From positions 1,653,927-1,717,926 of the forward strand of contig OZ199838.1 in the NCBI GenBank assembly GCA_964304625.1: DNA of 64,000 bases, read 5' to 3'. Source of the DNA: Kudoa neothunni (lineage: Eukaryota > Animalia > Cnidaria). Positions 22,901 through 36,567 of this stretch are shown in pieces. The position numbers and the translations under genes are program-made. Position 1 is the stretch's first letter; the number at the start of each line of letters is the position of its first letter. The notes beneath the pieces were generated by a model, which made no database searches, was not told the origin of the DNA, and worked only from the letters and a program-made list of their open reading frames with translations.

Positions 22901-24570
22901 TTAAACCTTTTGGATTGATATTGAAATTTTTAAGAATATTTGAGCGAGATTGATAAGTGGACGTAATGGATGTGTCATTCTTAACAGATGAGATAAAATC
23001 TGTAATAACTTGAGAGGGAATATCCTAAGGGTCTTTCAAATCTGTGGATTGTTTCATATGAGTATTGTTTGAATGTGATCCATATTCGGGCAGTTGATTA
23101 TCATCACGAACAATCGTCTTATCCAGGCATTAGAAATACTCCGTACAATCCAAGTCTTCTATTGATATAGATGAAATAGATGAGAGGGAGTTATTGGGTA
23201 TTTTGTGGAAGGAAACCAAAATAACATCACTGTCATTGGTCGATCCATCGTTGGTTAACGCGTTATTAACGGAAATGTTATTAATGAAAGCTTCATTAAG
23301 CATGGTTGAATTATCACCAATTATTTGATTTTTATGATGAAAGGGTGATAACTGAATCACTAAGGGCGAAGAGTCATCATTTGAAGCTTGCCGGTATTCA
23401 TTAAGGAATGTTCTCAGACTAATATTGTTCTCGTGATTTTCAGGGGACAGATCAATTGGTTGTGTTTGTTTGGGAGTTGAAATTGAAGACTCGATTACAA
23501 TATCTTGTACATTGGATTCGACATGACAAAACCTTGATTTTTTTCCGGTGGAATGTGACCACAATGAGTTTGAATATTTGGATTAGGCAATTGGACAATT
23601 TTATGATCGTTAAGATTTAATGTTTCAACATTCATCTCACGGATTATTTTGAACATTTTCTCTTTGTTCTTCTCAAAGTCATTCGTTGAATTTGAGCTGT
23701 CTGATTGGGATTTCGGTGAATTCTCAAAATTACTTATATTATTTAAATCGTTTAGATCATTCAAGTAATTTTTGGCGGAATGGTTAGTAGGAATAACATT
23801 ATTGCCCGAAAAAGTATTAATTTGATTAGGATTGGGATTGGTGTTACATTCATAATTAGAAATGGTGGGATTTTGAGTGGATTCGATAGGTGCTTTATTG
23901 GCAGATATGGATGTGGATTGGGGTAAATATTCTGTTGGATCAATAGAAATTGCTTCAGTGATTCGGATAATACCATCTGGAGGAATAAGAACCGATGGGA
24001 AGGTAGTATCAAATGTTTTTTTCCGACTAAGTGCTGATTTGGGCATCACAGGTCTAAAGGTCGGTAGGTCATCATTATCATCAGAAGCAGCGTGTAAAGC
24101 AACCAATTCATCTATCAATATTTGTTTAAAACTTTGAAGGGCTTTAATATATCTTTCACGCTATTCGCGCAACATTTTTGGTGGTTGTTTTGTCCATCGA
24201 GTAATGGTCATCCATATCATCTTGAGAGTTGGTTTTGCACCCACTCTGAGTGAATCAGCAGTAACAGGAACATCCATTCCAGTGGTAAACGACTCATCAT
24301 TAGTTCATTTTTCATTTTCATTGAGAAAAAGGGGAGTAAATAATTCGGCGCCATTCGTTTTTTTATGATGTTGCAAAAAAATTCATAACTACTACAGTGG
24401 TAGGAAACAAATTTTCTTACAAAATCAGCAATAGCTTTGAGAACACTTGGCGATTTCTTTCCTAACTTACGCACCTCCAAATATAGAGTAATAACGAAAC
24501 ACGACTTGACCAAGACTAGTTGAATAATTTTCCAACTTCTCTATGTCGTACGATGATGAAAGTGACATCG
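19950..24570 (-). mobile_element. Decayed RLE-type non-LTR retrotransposon (R2/NeSL/R5-like): RT + CCHC + PD-(D/E)xK endonuclease
   Basis: Motifs in order: LYRANPKRCYREI, GTDGI, LVLLPK, QKGF...GCTEH, DLKKAFDSVPH, GVRQGCPRSPLLFN, AFADDIVL, INLSKC, RLDALPT, HCPCSVETLGHAIGGC, RHNHIV, RPDIV, IIDVTV, SRLVWNNH. Many frameshifts; RT motif 7 and the thumb region appear deleted; element ends are approximate. Confidence 0.9.
20117..20361. other. GC-rich, extensively base-paired region at the retroelement 3' end (unassigned structured RNA)
   Basis: Helices visible by eye: 20117-20127/20351-20361; 20134-20139/20173-20178; 20180-20184/20344-20348; 20186-20193/20321-20328; 20194-20205/20220-20233; 20259-20271/20302-20313. 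Confidence 0.6.
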
Positions 24571-24645
24571 TTAGATTCAGCACAATGCACAAATTCAAAA
24601 ACACAGCAAAAAATAGAGAAAAATAAAATCAAAAAGCGAGTTTTG

Positions 24646-24718
24646 AGCCACTACTCGGTTTCGAACCGGGGACCTCCAGTTTACTAGACTGGCGCTCTAA
24701 CCACTGAGCTATAGCGGC
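24646..24718 (-). tRNA. tRNA-Thr (anticodon AGT)
   Basis: GCCGCTATAGCTCAGTGGTTAGAGCGCCAGTCT-AGT-AAACTGGAGGTCCCCGGTTCGAAACCGAGTAGTGGCT forms a full cloverleaf with one C-A mismatch in the T stem. Upstream TATATAA at ~24753-24759; T5 terminator at ~24631-24636. Confidence 0.95.
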
Positions 24719-24999
24719 CGACCACGAGCCACCCGGTGTTGTTTCGATTTCCTTATATACTGTATTCAGTTACAACAAATGATTGAATAAATTTCTTGTG
24801 TAGTTTGTGTCTTCTTTGTGTATTTAGTTGAATGTATGAATGAATAAAGAAACGGCAGAATTATTTTGTACGAATTAAAATCCAGTGCGTCAAAACTTTT
24901 TATATGAAAACATCTTTATCTTTACAATGTTTTATACATCAAATATCAATTTATCGTGAAGTTGACATCCATTTTTTAATAATAATGGACCCTATATAC

Positions 25000-26650
25000 C
25001 AGGGTTCGGCAACTTTTTTAGTATAAGGGTCAAATAGCTATATAATTTTACTTTGGGTCCACTCTACATTTAATAAAAATTTCCATTTTTAAATAAAGTA
25101 TCGATATATTCATATTCAATGAGTTATAAAACAATAAATATATTAATAATTTATATAAAAACAAATAAAGTTCATTGTGACATTTTTATTTTTGGATAAT
25201 TTTTCTATGTTAGGGGTAATATTACACGATGACAATAGAAGGGCTTTATCAAGATTTTCATCTAAAAATCTTGTCCTTATAATATTTTTGGTGTATTTCA
25301 TCTTTGAAAAAAGTTACTCGCAACTATAAGCACTGCCAAATAAAGAAAATACCAATTTTGAATTCTTTAGCAAATTTACGTACTTATCACTCGGTAAGGT
25401 AACAAATAATTTTTATAAAATTATATAATAGACTCACTACGAAATTTGGATTTCAATAGTTTGTTGCAATGTAAATCAATCATTTCCAATTGATATATTT
25501 CAGAAACTTAATTTACATCTATATCGTAAGGGTTGTTACATAATTTAAACATTCCCTCATTATTTCGAAAATCAGAAAAACAATCAGAAAATTCCTTCTG
25601 TAGATTATTAATAGTGTCCACTACTAGGTCAGTTGAAATATAATTTTCATGTTTCTGTAAATTTGGAAAATGTGGATAATTTCGGTTCTGAATTTGTATT
25701 TTCTACAAGTGGAGTTTCCGTTCAAAAGCTTCGATATGACCAAACATTTCAAAAACCAGTTTATCTTTTCCTTGAAGATCAAGATTCAAATAATTTATAT
25801 GTTTTGTAATGTCCACTGAAAAAGCCCGTTTAGCATTCCAATGTGGATCTTTAAAGTGGGCGTTCTGTTGTTTTTGAACTTTTAAGAATGAATAAATCTC
25901 TGTTCTTGATGCATAGACTCATTCTAACATTTTTCCACAACTAAGTCGACGAATATTTGAAAAATATGTGACGTCACCTTATTCGGACTCGATTTGTCTC
26001 AAAAATTCTTGAAAATGGCGATGATATAACTCTCTAGAAAGAATAAAGTTGACCGTTTCGACGGTTGTTTTCATTATATCGTCGAAGTTCAATGCTTTTG
26101 AACACAACTTATCTTGGTGAATGATACAATGAAATTTGATTAATTTGTGATTAAATCCAATATATTGTTGTAATAGTGATATGAAACCATTGTTTTTACC
26201 AACCATAGCCGATAAAGTGATTTCAGAAAATAAGTCTTTTTTCTGGACAAACTACATCAATTACTCTTGGTAAAATCTCCTTGAAGAATTCTCCATCAGT
26301 AATTGGATTCATTCGTTTTGCGATACGTTGTGAAACTTCGTAGCTAATCCATGTATTTTTGTAGTTTTCCTCAACTTTTTGAGTGAAAAATGAAGCCTGT
26401 TTATAAAAATTACTCTACAGGCGTTCAACTTCTTTCACTCGTGCCGTACCATTGTAAGACTCGTAATTTGCATGTCGAGTTATATAATGTCGCTTGATGT
26501 TACATAATGTTTTCACGAAAATACTTTTTTGACATATCAAGCACACACATTTTTCACGTTTTCAAATGAAAAAATATTATATGATCCGGTCTTCGTTAAA
26601 AAGTCGGTTTTCTAATTCTACTTTTTTTTCTATTTTCCATGACCATATGT
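25000..26650 (-). mobile_element. Degenerate hAT element (GTF2IRD2/SPIN-like transposase)
   Basis: CAGGGTTCGGCAAC terminus at 25000; MVGKNNG...FHCIIHQ..LC...TVNFI, LFGSAYSCE and other hAT motifs broken by stops. Confidence 0.8.
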
Positions 26651-29328
26651 TAAATCAGTGGATATTCCAAAAAATTATAAAATCAACCTAGTTTTAATTA
26701 ATTACATTATTTTATTTCCATATCGCCAAAATAATATTTTACGAAAAAAACTCAAATAGGCCAATAATTAAAGCAAATCATTTCAAATTGAAAAATGTTT
26801 ATATATATATATATATTGCGATAATACACAACAAAATATATAAAAATGTATTACCTGATAAAAAATTTTTTTATTATTGGCATTTGAATTTATTTGTCTC
26901 CTGTTGGTAGTATTCTTATAACCACGCTAGCTACCTAGCTACACGACGTCAACTTCTGATTAATCGTTTGAATCACGCGCATTTTCACGTTAAAACGATT
27001 ATTTCCTAAATTCTGAACTTATTGTTCACATATATTTAACATTAACGCCGATGCGAACCGTTATTATATAGAAAAGAATTTAATTTATATAATATTATTC
27101 AGCTTTTCATTCATAATTAAAATTTCCCCTCATAAACGTTGATGGAGTTATCCTAGTTTTATGAACATTTGTTGTTTATCACACGAGTTATTAACTTTAT
27201 TTATTGTTATAACTTTTTCCCAACGAGTCATACGATACATGTACAAGTCGTTTAACAAACGTTTATTTTATCCTCATTGAAAAACTATAAAAAATGTTGT
27301 CATTAACATTATACTTGAATGCAGTGAACAGGTAACGGTAAAATATGCGGCACCTACAAAATGTACTCTTGCCCATGTTTTTGATTTAACACGATCTAAT
27401 ATTGATTAATTTAATATCTAGATTATTTATTTTGATTTTGCAGGACACATACACATGGAAGTTTTGTTTAATGCGAGCAAGATTACAGTAAGTTCCACTT
27501 AACGCTGTTTTTGATGGGATGAAGAACTAAAAATATTAATTTTTATTATTCATAGATAAATTAAGTTAAATCTGATTGTATACATCTTAATTTTAATGAG
27601 AAAAGAAGTATATATTAATCATTTTCAAATTGGAATGTAATATGAAATTGGAATCAAAATTACAAGCTTTTTAAATTGAACAATCAATACCTTTGAAGAA
27701 TGAGGGCGTGGAACTTATTATAATGAAAAAGTGGGGTGTGATCGGAAGGGTTGGGAACCACTGAGCTAAGACGTTCTGCTCTAAATGCGGAAAAAACGTT
27801 TGTAAACAACACTATTCAGTTTTTTGTAAGAATTGTCATTGATTTTAATGTTTAATGTAAAATTAAAAATCCACACTAGTATACTTGTGCTGCCATCAAC
27901 GTCAGTAATGGCGTTGGGTTATATCTTGTTTTTTCTACACTTATGCAATATTTATAATCAATTGGCAACGTCAAGTCCCATTTTACCGAATGGGTCCATT
28001 GGACCCAGCTTGTGCAGTAGTGTGATTTTTTTGGCGTACGTACGAGTGTTAAAACTAACAATTCTACCATATCAATATCAATATATTTTTAATTTGTAAA
28101 AATTTTTATGATAAAATAAAAATTTATATAGTCTTATTTTAATAAGAAACTTTTATTATTTTAACAAAAATTTTTCAATGAATAATGTTAGATTATATAT
28201 ATTTAAGATTAATAGGAACCAACATTAACATTTTTAGGAAAAGAAACCTGGCCATAGAATCACTTTAAATTTTATATCAAAGTTTTCCATATTTTAGTAC
28301 GCATCAAATATTTTTTAATTTTAATTGAAGAAAACTATAATATAAAACCTCAAAAACAACCATAAAAAATGAAAACGGACCTTTTAAATAAAAGTTTACT
28401 TAATTATAATGGAAATCTCTAAAAAATCGCATATCCCTACAAGATTCTGCTATGGATACTAATTTCATCATCCATAAGGATACAGAATACAGAATACATG
28501 TTTTAGGGGTATTATTAATTATACGAAAATATTCACATAACAACATTTCTCAGATTAAAAGTGAATAAACAAACATATTTAATTCTAATATATTTTTATA
28601 GCATAAGTTTAAAATATATTTCATGTCAATAAATGATTTTCCACAATGAAATAATTAGAAATATTAAAAAATTTACACATAAACATATTCTCGCATGCGT
28701 AAGTTAAATCATATACGTTATTTTGGACAGTGTTTAAGGGTTATTTTCTTATTGTTATTGGTTTTCTATAAATATATTGTGAATACATTTGAATTATTAA
28801 AATTATTTTATCTTATCGAAAACAACCAAGGTTTATTTTGGCTTATAAACAAATGACTAAGGTCGATTTGAACAATCGCACAAGTGTAAATAAAGACGAA
28901 GATTATGTCAATCAATCGTGATAATTTAATAGCATTAAACGTAAATTATAAATAATGATGTAAATAACGAGAAAAATTATTTCGTGCCGTGTGAGTCAGT
29001 TACTATTGGTGATCAGTCATATTCTCTGAGAATAAACTGATACGATGTAAACAAATCATAGTCAATGTATTGAAAAATGGTCAAATTTGCATAAGTATCA
29101 CAAAATATATAATCTTAGTTTGGAATTATAATTACTTAATCCATTAAATTATTGAACATATAAATTAATCACAATCATTAAAGTACGCCATACAACAATC
29201 GTATCGTTAGATTGAAGCAACAAATTGTAATGTCGCCCATGAAATATTGTAAATAAGATATTAACAAGTTACGTCATGGTGAATGTGAATGATAGAGACC
29301 ATCTTTAAGTTTTCATGAATTTCTCAAA

Positions 29329-30375
29329 ATGAAAGAGGATAATGCTATAGAATTGCCAGGATTAGGCGAAATCCATTTGAGAACTCTATTGCTAATGCAG
29401 GTACTATCGTATAGCTGTAATTCGTTGTCCGCTTCCCTTTGGGTGGCATTGGTGCTGCATTTGTTGTCCATAACTTTTGGGATTTCTGCAAGCCGACCCT
29501 CGTTTTTCACCAAATGGTTTGCGAATAATACTATTAGTTCGATTTCCGCAAGATACACTGTTTATTTGACTCCAGCCACCTGGACCTTTTCTATATGGGG
29601 GTTTATATTCATTTTCAGTTGATATGGATTGTGTATGTTTTGATATCCTATCAATTACTAAAAAAGAAATACTTTCAATCAATCGGTGTGATACCTGTCT
29701 ATCTCTACGTGTTGGCATGTGTGTTTAACCTATCATGGTTGTCCTTGTGGCTGAAAGAACGATATATATCAGCGTTTGTTGCTATTTTGTTCATGTATCT
29801 TTCGTTACAATCTTGCTACTCTCTTTTTGCATCTAACATCGATGGAAAATATTCCACTACGAGTGATACTGCTGACGAGGTATAAAGTTATATAATGATT
29901 CGCATAGAGAGATCAATTTTGTTAGGCCGAAAATCTACCCTCTTATTTCAAACCCGTAATACGATTGCTATTGATGAATTCGGTGGCTCTCTACAGTACA
30001 TGGGGTTTACTGGCTACCATATTAAATTTACAAATTGTGTTGGTCTATCAGCACAACTACACCGAAAATAAATCTTCATTTATCTGTCTGGTGCTTGTGC
30101 TAGTTTACATGATATCCAGGTTCGCCAGTGATATCTCCACCCAAGCAATTTCCCATCGCTACATTATCACACCTTATTTGGTTGTGATTTATTATCTCTC
30201 TGGAGTGATTAGCATTCACAGGAAAGAAATCTCCAAAACAGACATAGGAATTTATTTGATTGTATTAAACATCTGCGGCCTGCTATTTCTACTCGCCAAG
30301 CTGTTTTTGGCTTTCTACCCACTAAAAACTAGAACAAAAGATTTCAACCTTTTGGCACCTAACGAGGAATTCTAA
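29329..30375 (+). CDS. Multi-pass membrane protein of the TspO-like 'TPAxWTFSIWGxI' family; apparent 1-nt frameshift at 29612-29615
   Basis: ISARYTVYLTPATWTFSIWGFIFIF / QLIWIVY...NLSWLSLW...NSVALYSTWGLLATILNL; one GT-AG intron at ~29880-29925; about 8 hydrophobic segments. Confidence 0.7.
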
Positions 30376-31314
30376 TTCCTAAGCCAAAGAATTTTGTTTA
30401 CACCAAATAATTCATGTCTATCTACTGTCTACTTTTACTGACCTATAGATTTTTTGCGTAACAAATAGTGACTTATTCCAAAAATAAATTGTGTTTAGTT
30501 ATTCCCAAAAAGTTTAATAATTGTTCCATTCACATAATTATATAATTATTTTGTATGTTATATATATTACATTCTGTAGTTAAGTGATCCTTAATATCTT
30601 AAGACGTTTGATAATAAATAGTTTTTATTAATTCGGGATTTTATTCTAAATTAATACATAATTTTAAGCAATATTACTGATGTATCGATCGATGCTCGAG
30701 GAAAATTTTTTTTCTCATGGAGTCGATTTTGCTATTGTTATGTGGTCTCCACGCAGAATTTCGACATATATAACTATTTTAAGTTCATTGAAGATTATTT
30801 TCAATATCATATTTATTTTTTAATTTATTTATAATATAAATTATAATAAGATACGTTTAGGTGAAATAGCATGAAATTTAATATTTTATTATTTTATTTC
30901 AGTTTTCAATCCTTAACTCATATTTTCGTATAATTCTAAACTTTATCAATGACTGATAGAATAGGGATGAAAAAATTTGAAAATATAGCAAAGAAGCTGT
31001 TGTGTAATTTTTTAATAACCATGATTTTGAAAATGCCAATTGAAAAATAGACACTAACAAAAATGTGTTTGTTAATTAATGGCGCATTCAAACTTTAACT
31101 AAATTATACCAGTCACAATGAAATAATATATTTATCAAATGTAGGCCATGTTGCAGAATATTTGAACGATTCACGTAATCGGAGATGATTTAGATTATTA
31201 ATTCATCTATTATTAATCTCAATGAGGTTAATTTAACTATATTCAGGTGTATTTTTGAAAAACAAAAATGTATCCTTTCCTTATGATCGAAGCTTACATA
31301 AGAAATATTTTTAA

Positions 31315-32300
31315 CCCTGGTGGGACCAACTAGGTCACTCGTGACCCCAGTTTCGATATTTGACTTTTCGTGGACTAAACTAAATGATAGGGCTCGAAAA
31401 TTCTAGATCACTTAATTATATTCTGTGATTGATAATTATAAAGTTATGAAGAAAAAAATACATTCACTGATTTAAATATTTTACGATTAGTAAGCGATGT
31501 GGTCACCATTTCTTTTAAATGTAGTTGTTACGAATTGTTAGCAAACTAATAAATATTATAAAGATACGTAATGACATTAATTTTGATTAAAGAGTGTTAA
31601 CGCGTTATTAGATGCTAAATTTATACATTTTTTGATTTTCTACCGATGGATTTCGTTCGGCTATGGGGGCTATCCAGAGATTATCCCTTTAGAAGAGTCT
31701 TCAACAAACAATGTAATGAAGGAAGGCATACGTCGAATTTCTATTTTAAATAAAAAGGGGAGACAACAAAATCTGTCGTCAGCTTTAAAATATATTTATT
31801 TTTTATTAAAAATATGTTTTATAGTCTCCGCATCCGAATAATTACAAGTTAATTGGGAAAGGGAGCTCCCATGTAATAAATTATGATCAAATCATAATCT
31901 AAAGTTGCATACACGTATTTTCAAGAAACACCGGATATTGTAATCATCAAATGCTTGGGGCTTATGCTCAAATTTCACATTAAACTCAATTAGATATTCT
32001 ATTATTATCGTTCACCCCCTTGAAAATGTTTTAAGATAATAGTATCCATCTATTTAGGACATTATATCCATTAATATACAAGTAGCGTGGGTAATGGTTT
32101 ATGGAACGATGTGAGCATTTAATAATAACTTAGTAGTGGTAGAAACCCCATCATCTAATTTCTATTAAATACACATCTTAAGTATAACAACCAGATGGAG
32201 TAAAATATTCAAACTGTTTAAAAAAATGAAAAAAGTCCTGGGGTCATTGTTGACTCCAGTGGATTCCTCGCGTAAGTTTTTTAAGTCGTTCCTTCGAGGG
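31315..32300. mobile_element. Non-autonomous piggyBac-like element
   Basis: TTAA|CCCT...AGGG|TTAA ends (31311-31318; 32297-32304) with subterminal GGTCACTCGTGACCCC and GGGGTCATTGTTGACTCC motifs. Confidence 0.7.
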
Positions 32301-32467
32301 TTAAGGCATAAATGCACAATAAGTTAAAAAAGTGAAATATAATGTAAACTAAGGTGCAAACAAAACTGAGGAAAAGGGTAGGGAATGAATCGATTGGAAA
32401 AAATTCAGAAATAATTAAACAACTGAATTCGGTAGAAATGAAAAATGAAGAAGTTAAAGGACGAAAA

Positions 32468-35400
32468 TTATGGTGAAAGCGTAACATGTTCTGGATTGCA
32501 CTTTTCGTACAATCGTTTGATTGCCAGTAAAATACTCAGATCAGAGTCAGAAATTTCCACAGCGTATAAATAAAACCTCAGTGCGTTCAACGCATCATCA
32601 TCAACCTCAAATGTGTGGGCTTTCCGCACATATTCGTAATAGGTTCTCTTTAGAGAATCCTCAACACGGCAAACACATTGCTTGTTTGGAGTTATAAAAT
32701 CAACCATCTCCAACCTAGTTGAACATTTGATGCAGCGTTTTGTCTCAGATCCCATAAATAGAACCGAGCCTTCACTTTCCAAACAGGAAACAAATATGTC
32801 ACTGTCTTCGACAATTCTACATAATGATTATATAGACATAATCATTAAATTAATAATGTAAATACATCACACTACAATTTTTCGAATGATCATGGGGTTG
32901 AGAGAACGATGCAACCAACTCTCTCAAACTATCTTTATCATGCTGATTGTCGAATTCTTCATTATCTTCATCAACACCACATAAATCGTAATCTTCGACA
33001 TTCTTTAATTTTTCGTCTTCGATACGTTCTCCAATAGGAAACGAGTAATTCGGGGATTGATTAAAAGAAAATTCATCAGAAGCACATTGATCAATAATAG
33101 CTGATGGAGAAGCTACCGATGGTCGATGATCAGCATAGGAACTAATAAAAGAGCCGCTGACATTCGTACTAGATTTGTTAGACATGACTGAATTGATGTT
33201 TGACGTTACATTAGAAAGTATGTGAACATCATTATTTTGTTCAGTAGAAAATAATTCGTCATTGATAGAATATGATTTCGAAATATTTCTATTAGTAAAG
33301 GATGGAAGACATATCGGCTCAGTGATAGATTTTAGATAGTCAGATGAGTCGGAAGGGCCTTTATTTTTTGTGAATTCACTTGAGGAAATTTCACTGGAAT
33401 CTTCTAGAAATCTATTTTTTCTCCGTTTAATCAGAATATTCTCATCGCCAGATTGACGGGAGGAAGTTAGGCTGACTTTTGACACCTTGCTTAGATCAGA
33501 AGTAATGGGAGCATACGAATAATCACAGCGAGTTGAATTTGCAATATTGTCCACCATCGACATATTAGATGATGCATTTGGCGAAAGGGTCTAAGATAAA
33601 TATTTACAATGGAATCGCAATATAATTAAATGTTTAATTTACTGTATTGAGTTTAGTGGAAGAAAGAATTGCATTGAGGTCAAGTTCATCAGCAAAAGTT
33701 TCAATATTTTCAACAGCAATGCTGTCCAGCATTTCAAGGGTCGTCTCGCACTCAGTTTGGTCATTGTCTTGGTTAAATTTGTCAAATATGTTGATTTTAT
33801 CGATATGTGAATATAATAGACCATGATTGGTAACTCCATACGCACCTGGCCAATCACCACAAATGTCAATCTCATAAAAGTGATATTAAAAATACCGCAT
33901 TTGGTTAAAAATAGTTTCTGTTCCTCAAAAATAGGGTCATTCGGCAATGATTTATGAAGGTTCGACAATTCATCGTGAGTTAGAGAATAATTAGGGTCTC
34001 CCAACATAAATAATTCTGTCAGGTCGAGCCACGAAAAATATCTATTAAATGATCGATTAGTTACTCGCTCATAATTCCAATATCAAAAGTTAATAATTAT
34101 TAGTTTAATTTCAACATATAAATTAACGATAATTAAAAAATCTATTATTAACCTTTTCCTATTAAAATATATATTGTATCGCAGTAATTCATGAATAAAC
34201 AACAAAAATATCACCTAAACAATTTGTAGGGTAGTTAAACATAATTATAATTCTCTAGTTTAAAAATTTATATTATCGACCAAAATTTGATAACAGAGTT
34301 TTCAATTATTTTAAAATTAGCCTTTAATCTGATAAGATAATTAAAATGTCGTTCAAAATTTCACAAAATTAAATGTGAACCCAAGCGAAATAATATTACT
34401 ATTAAAATATTTTTAGGCTGGCTGATTTTAAGATGCCATCAAAATAAATATTTGAAAGAATTAGAATCCCTGAAAATATTTTTGGTTAAGTATTACTTAA
34501 AAATATCAATTTGTTCCAATAAATTAAAACTTTACATTATAATTTATTAAATTTTTCATTATTTCTAATTCTAGGTGATTAAATATGACTGTTCCTAAAA
34601 AATAAACTCTGTCTGTAACATGTGAGTTGAAGTTAGAGGAATTCGAAAATATTTCACATGTATTCGTGGCATTCAAGATAAAATTTTTAAGGGTAAATAG
34701 CAGCAGGCTTATTAATTAAATCTCTCTTTTAATGCAATCGTGCGTGTATTATAATAAACTTTAACGCATTATTGTTTAATACCAATGAAATTATATTCTA
34801 AAATAAATAAATAACTAAAAAATAATTGATATTTTTATTAATGTATATATATCGAATGTGTTCAAATTAACTACATAACATTTTTAGCAATTATATTTTG
34901 ACTCAATATTTTTTTATAGTCTAATTAATTACAGAGCATTTTTAATAATGATAATTTGGTTCAATTATTGATTAAAATATAACAAATACAGTTATAATTA
35001 AATATTAACAATTTATCTAACAATATACTTAGAATTATTAAAAGAAAAACTTAATTTAAAACCTAATTTATATTAGGAATAAATTAATAAATTAAAAGCG
35101 AAATAAAATTCAATTAACATTATTTATTATTAAACTGGCATCAATTATAATAACAAAAACTAGGTAAAACAGTTAAAATCATTAAATGTTAACAAAAAAT
35201 TAAGCGTTTCTAGTTGTTGAATAGTCGTACACATTCAACTGTAAATTTAAATAGAATGAATCGAACTTAACAAGTAATTACAAATTATACACCGAGATAT
35301 ACAGGAAATGGTCAAGGATATTGGGGTTAAGTTTAATCACATAAATAATATAGGTTACCGGCAAGGATCTTTTTGATTCTCAATCACATGCTTAACAATG

Positions 35401-36529
35401 GAATCTTTGAAAATTTGCTTCCGATACATTTTCTCCTCCACCGTTCCACATGTTACTAATCGGTAAACGATTACGTTATTTTTTTGGCCGATACGACAAG
35501 CTCTATAAAAAGCAAAGATTTGTTTAGTCGCATGAGAGCATTTTATATGCTACTAATAACCTATCTATTGCCTGATACTCGTTGCCTGGATTCCACGAAG
35601 GTTCCACTAAATAATGAATTAATAAAAAAGTACATAACAAAAAATGGTAACTACAGATTATAATTCGGTCAGCAGCAGTTAGATTTAGACCGACTCCACC
35701 AACCTATGACATTTTAGTTGTAGAGTTTAATAGAATGTGTATCCTTGTCAACAAATCATTCTTAATTACTTGAATAGTGGCCAACAGTATTTTATATTGA
35801 GGATCGTTTTGAAATTTGTTAATGATTTCTTGTCTTGAACTTATAGAATTGGTTCTTCCGTCAAATTGAAGCAGTTTGATGCACTATATTTTATCATTTC
35901 TAACAACTATGAATAACTTTACATCATTTTTGTTGAGAGCACTGGCCAAATAATCTAAAAGTTGTCGGGAGTGGCTAAATACTACCACTTTATGGTGCGA
36001 GCCTGTAAGCACCAATTCATTTATTATTTTCAAAGCGAAACTGATTTTGCACGAATCGTTTATAACATTATCAATATCATCTGGACCATCATTGAGCTAC
36101 TCAAAAACGTATATTAAAGTGACACTGATTATTCTAAATATATGTTTTTCTCGCTAGAAGTTACCTTCCTCATATTAAGAGTAGCTCGTGCATTATTTAT
36201 ACTAATGAAGATAAACTAAAAATCTCAACTAAAATAATACATATCGATCATAAATTCATAGTTCTTTGTAAGGTGGGGATGATTGGGAATTTTTCTTAAA
36301 ATGGACAATTTTACTAATCCTACGGCTCGCCCGCGTTTTAAGTTTTTATAGCCTTCAAAATAATCCTGGTTAATTTTCCACTTAACAAACAGTTTACTAC
36401 ATACCTCCGCGACGTCATCAGATTGAAGAAATTTTTTGTAGACTTCAACCTGGTAATCGGTAAGACGAATCCAACAAATCAAGTCTGTTTTCGAAATGTT
36501 GAGTTCACTACATTAGTAATACAGATATT

Positions 36530-36567
<38 letters not shown>

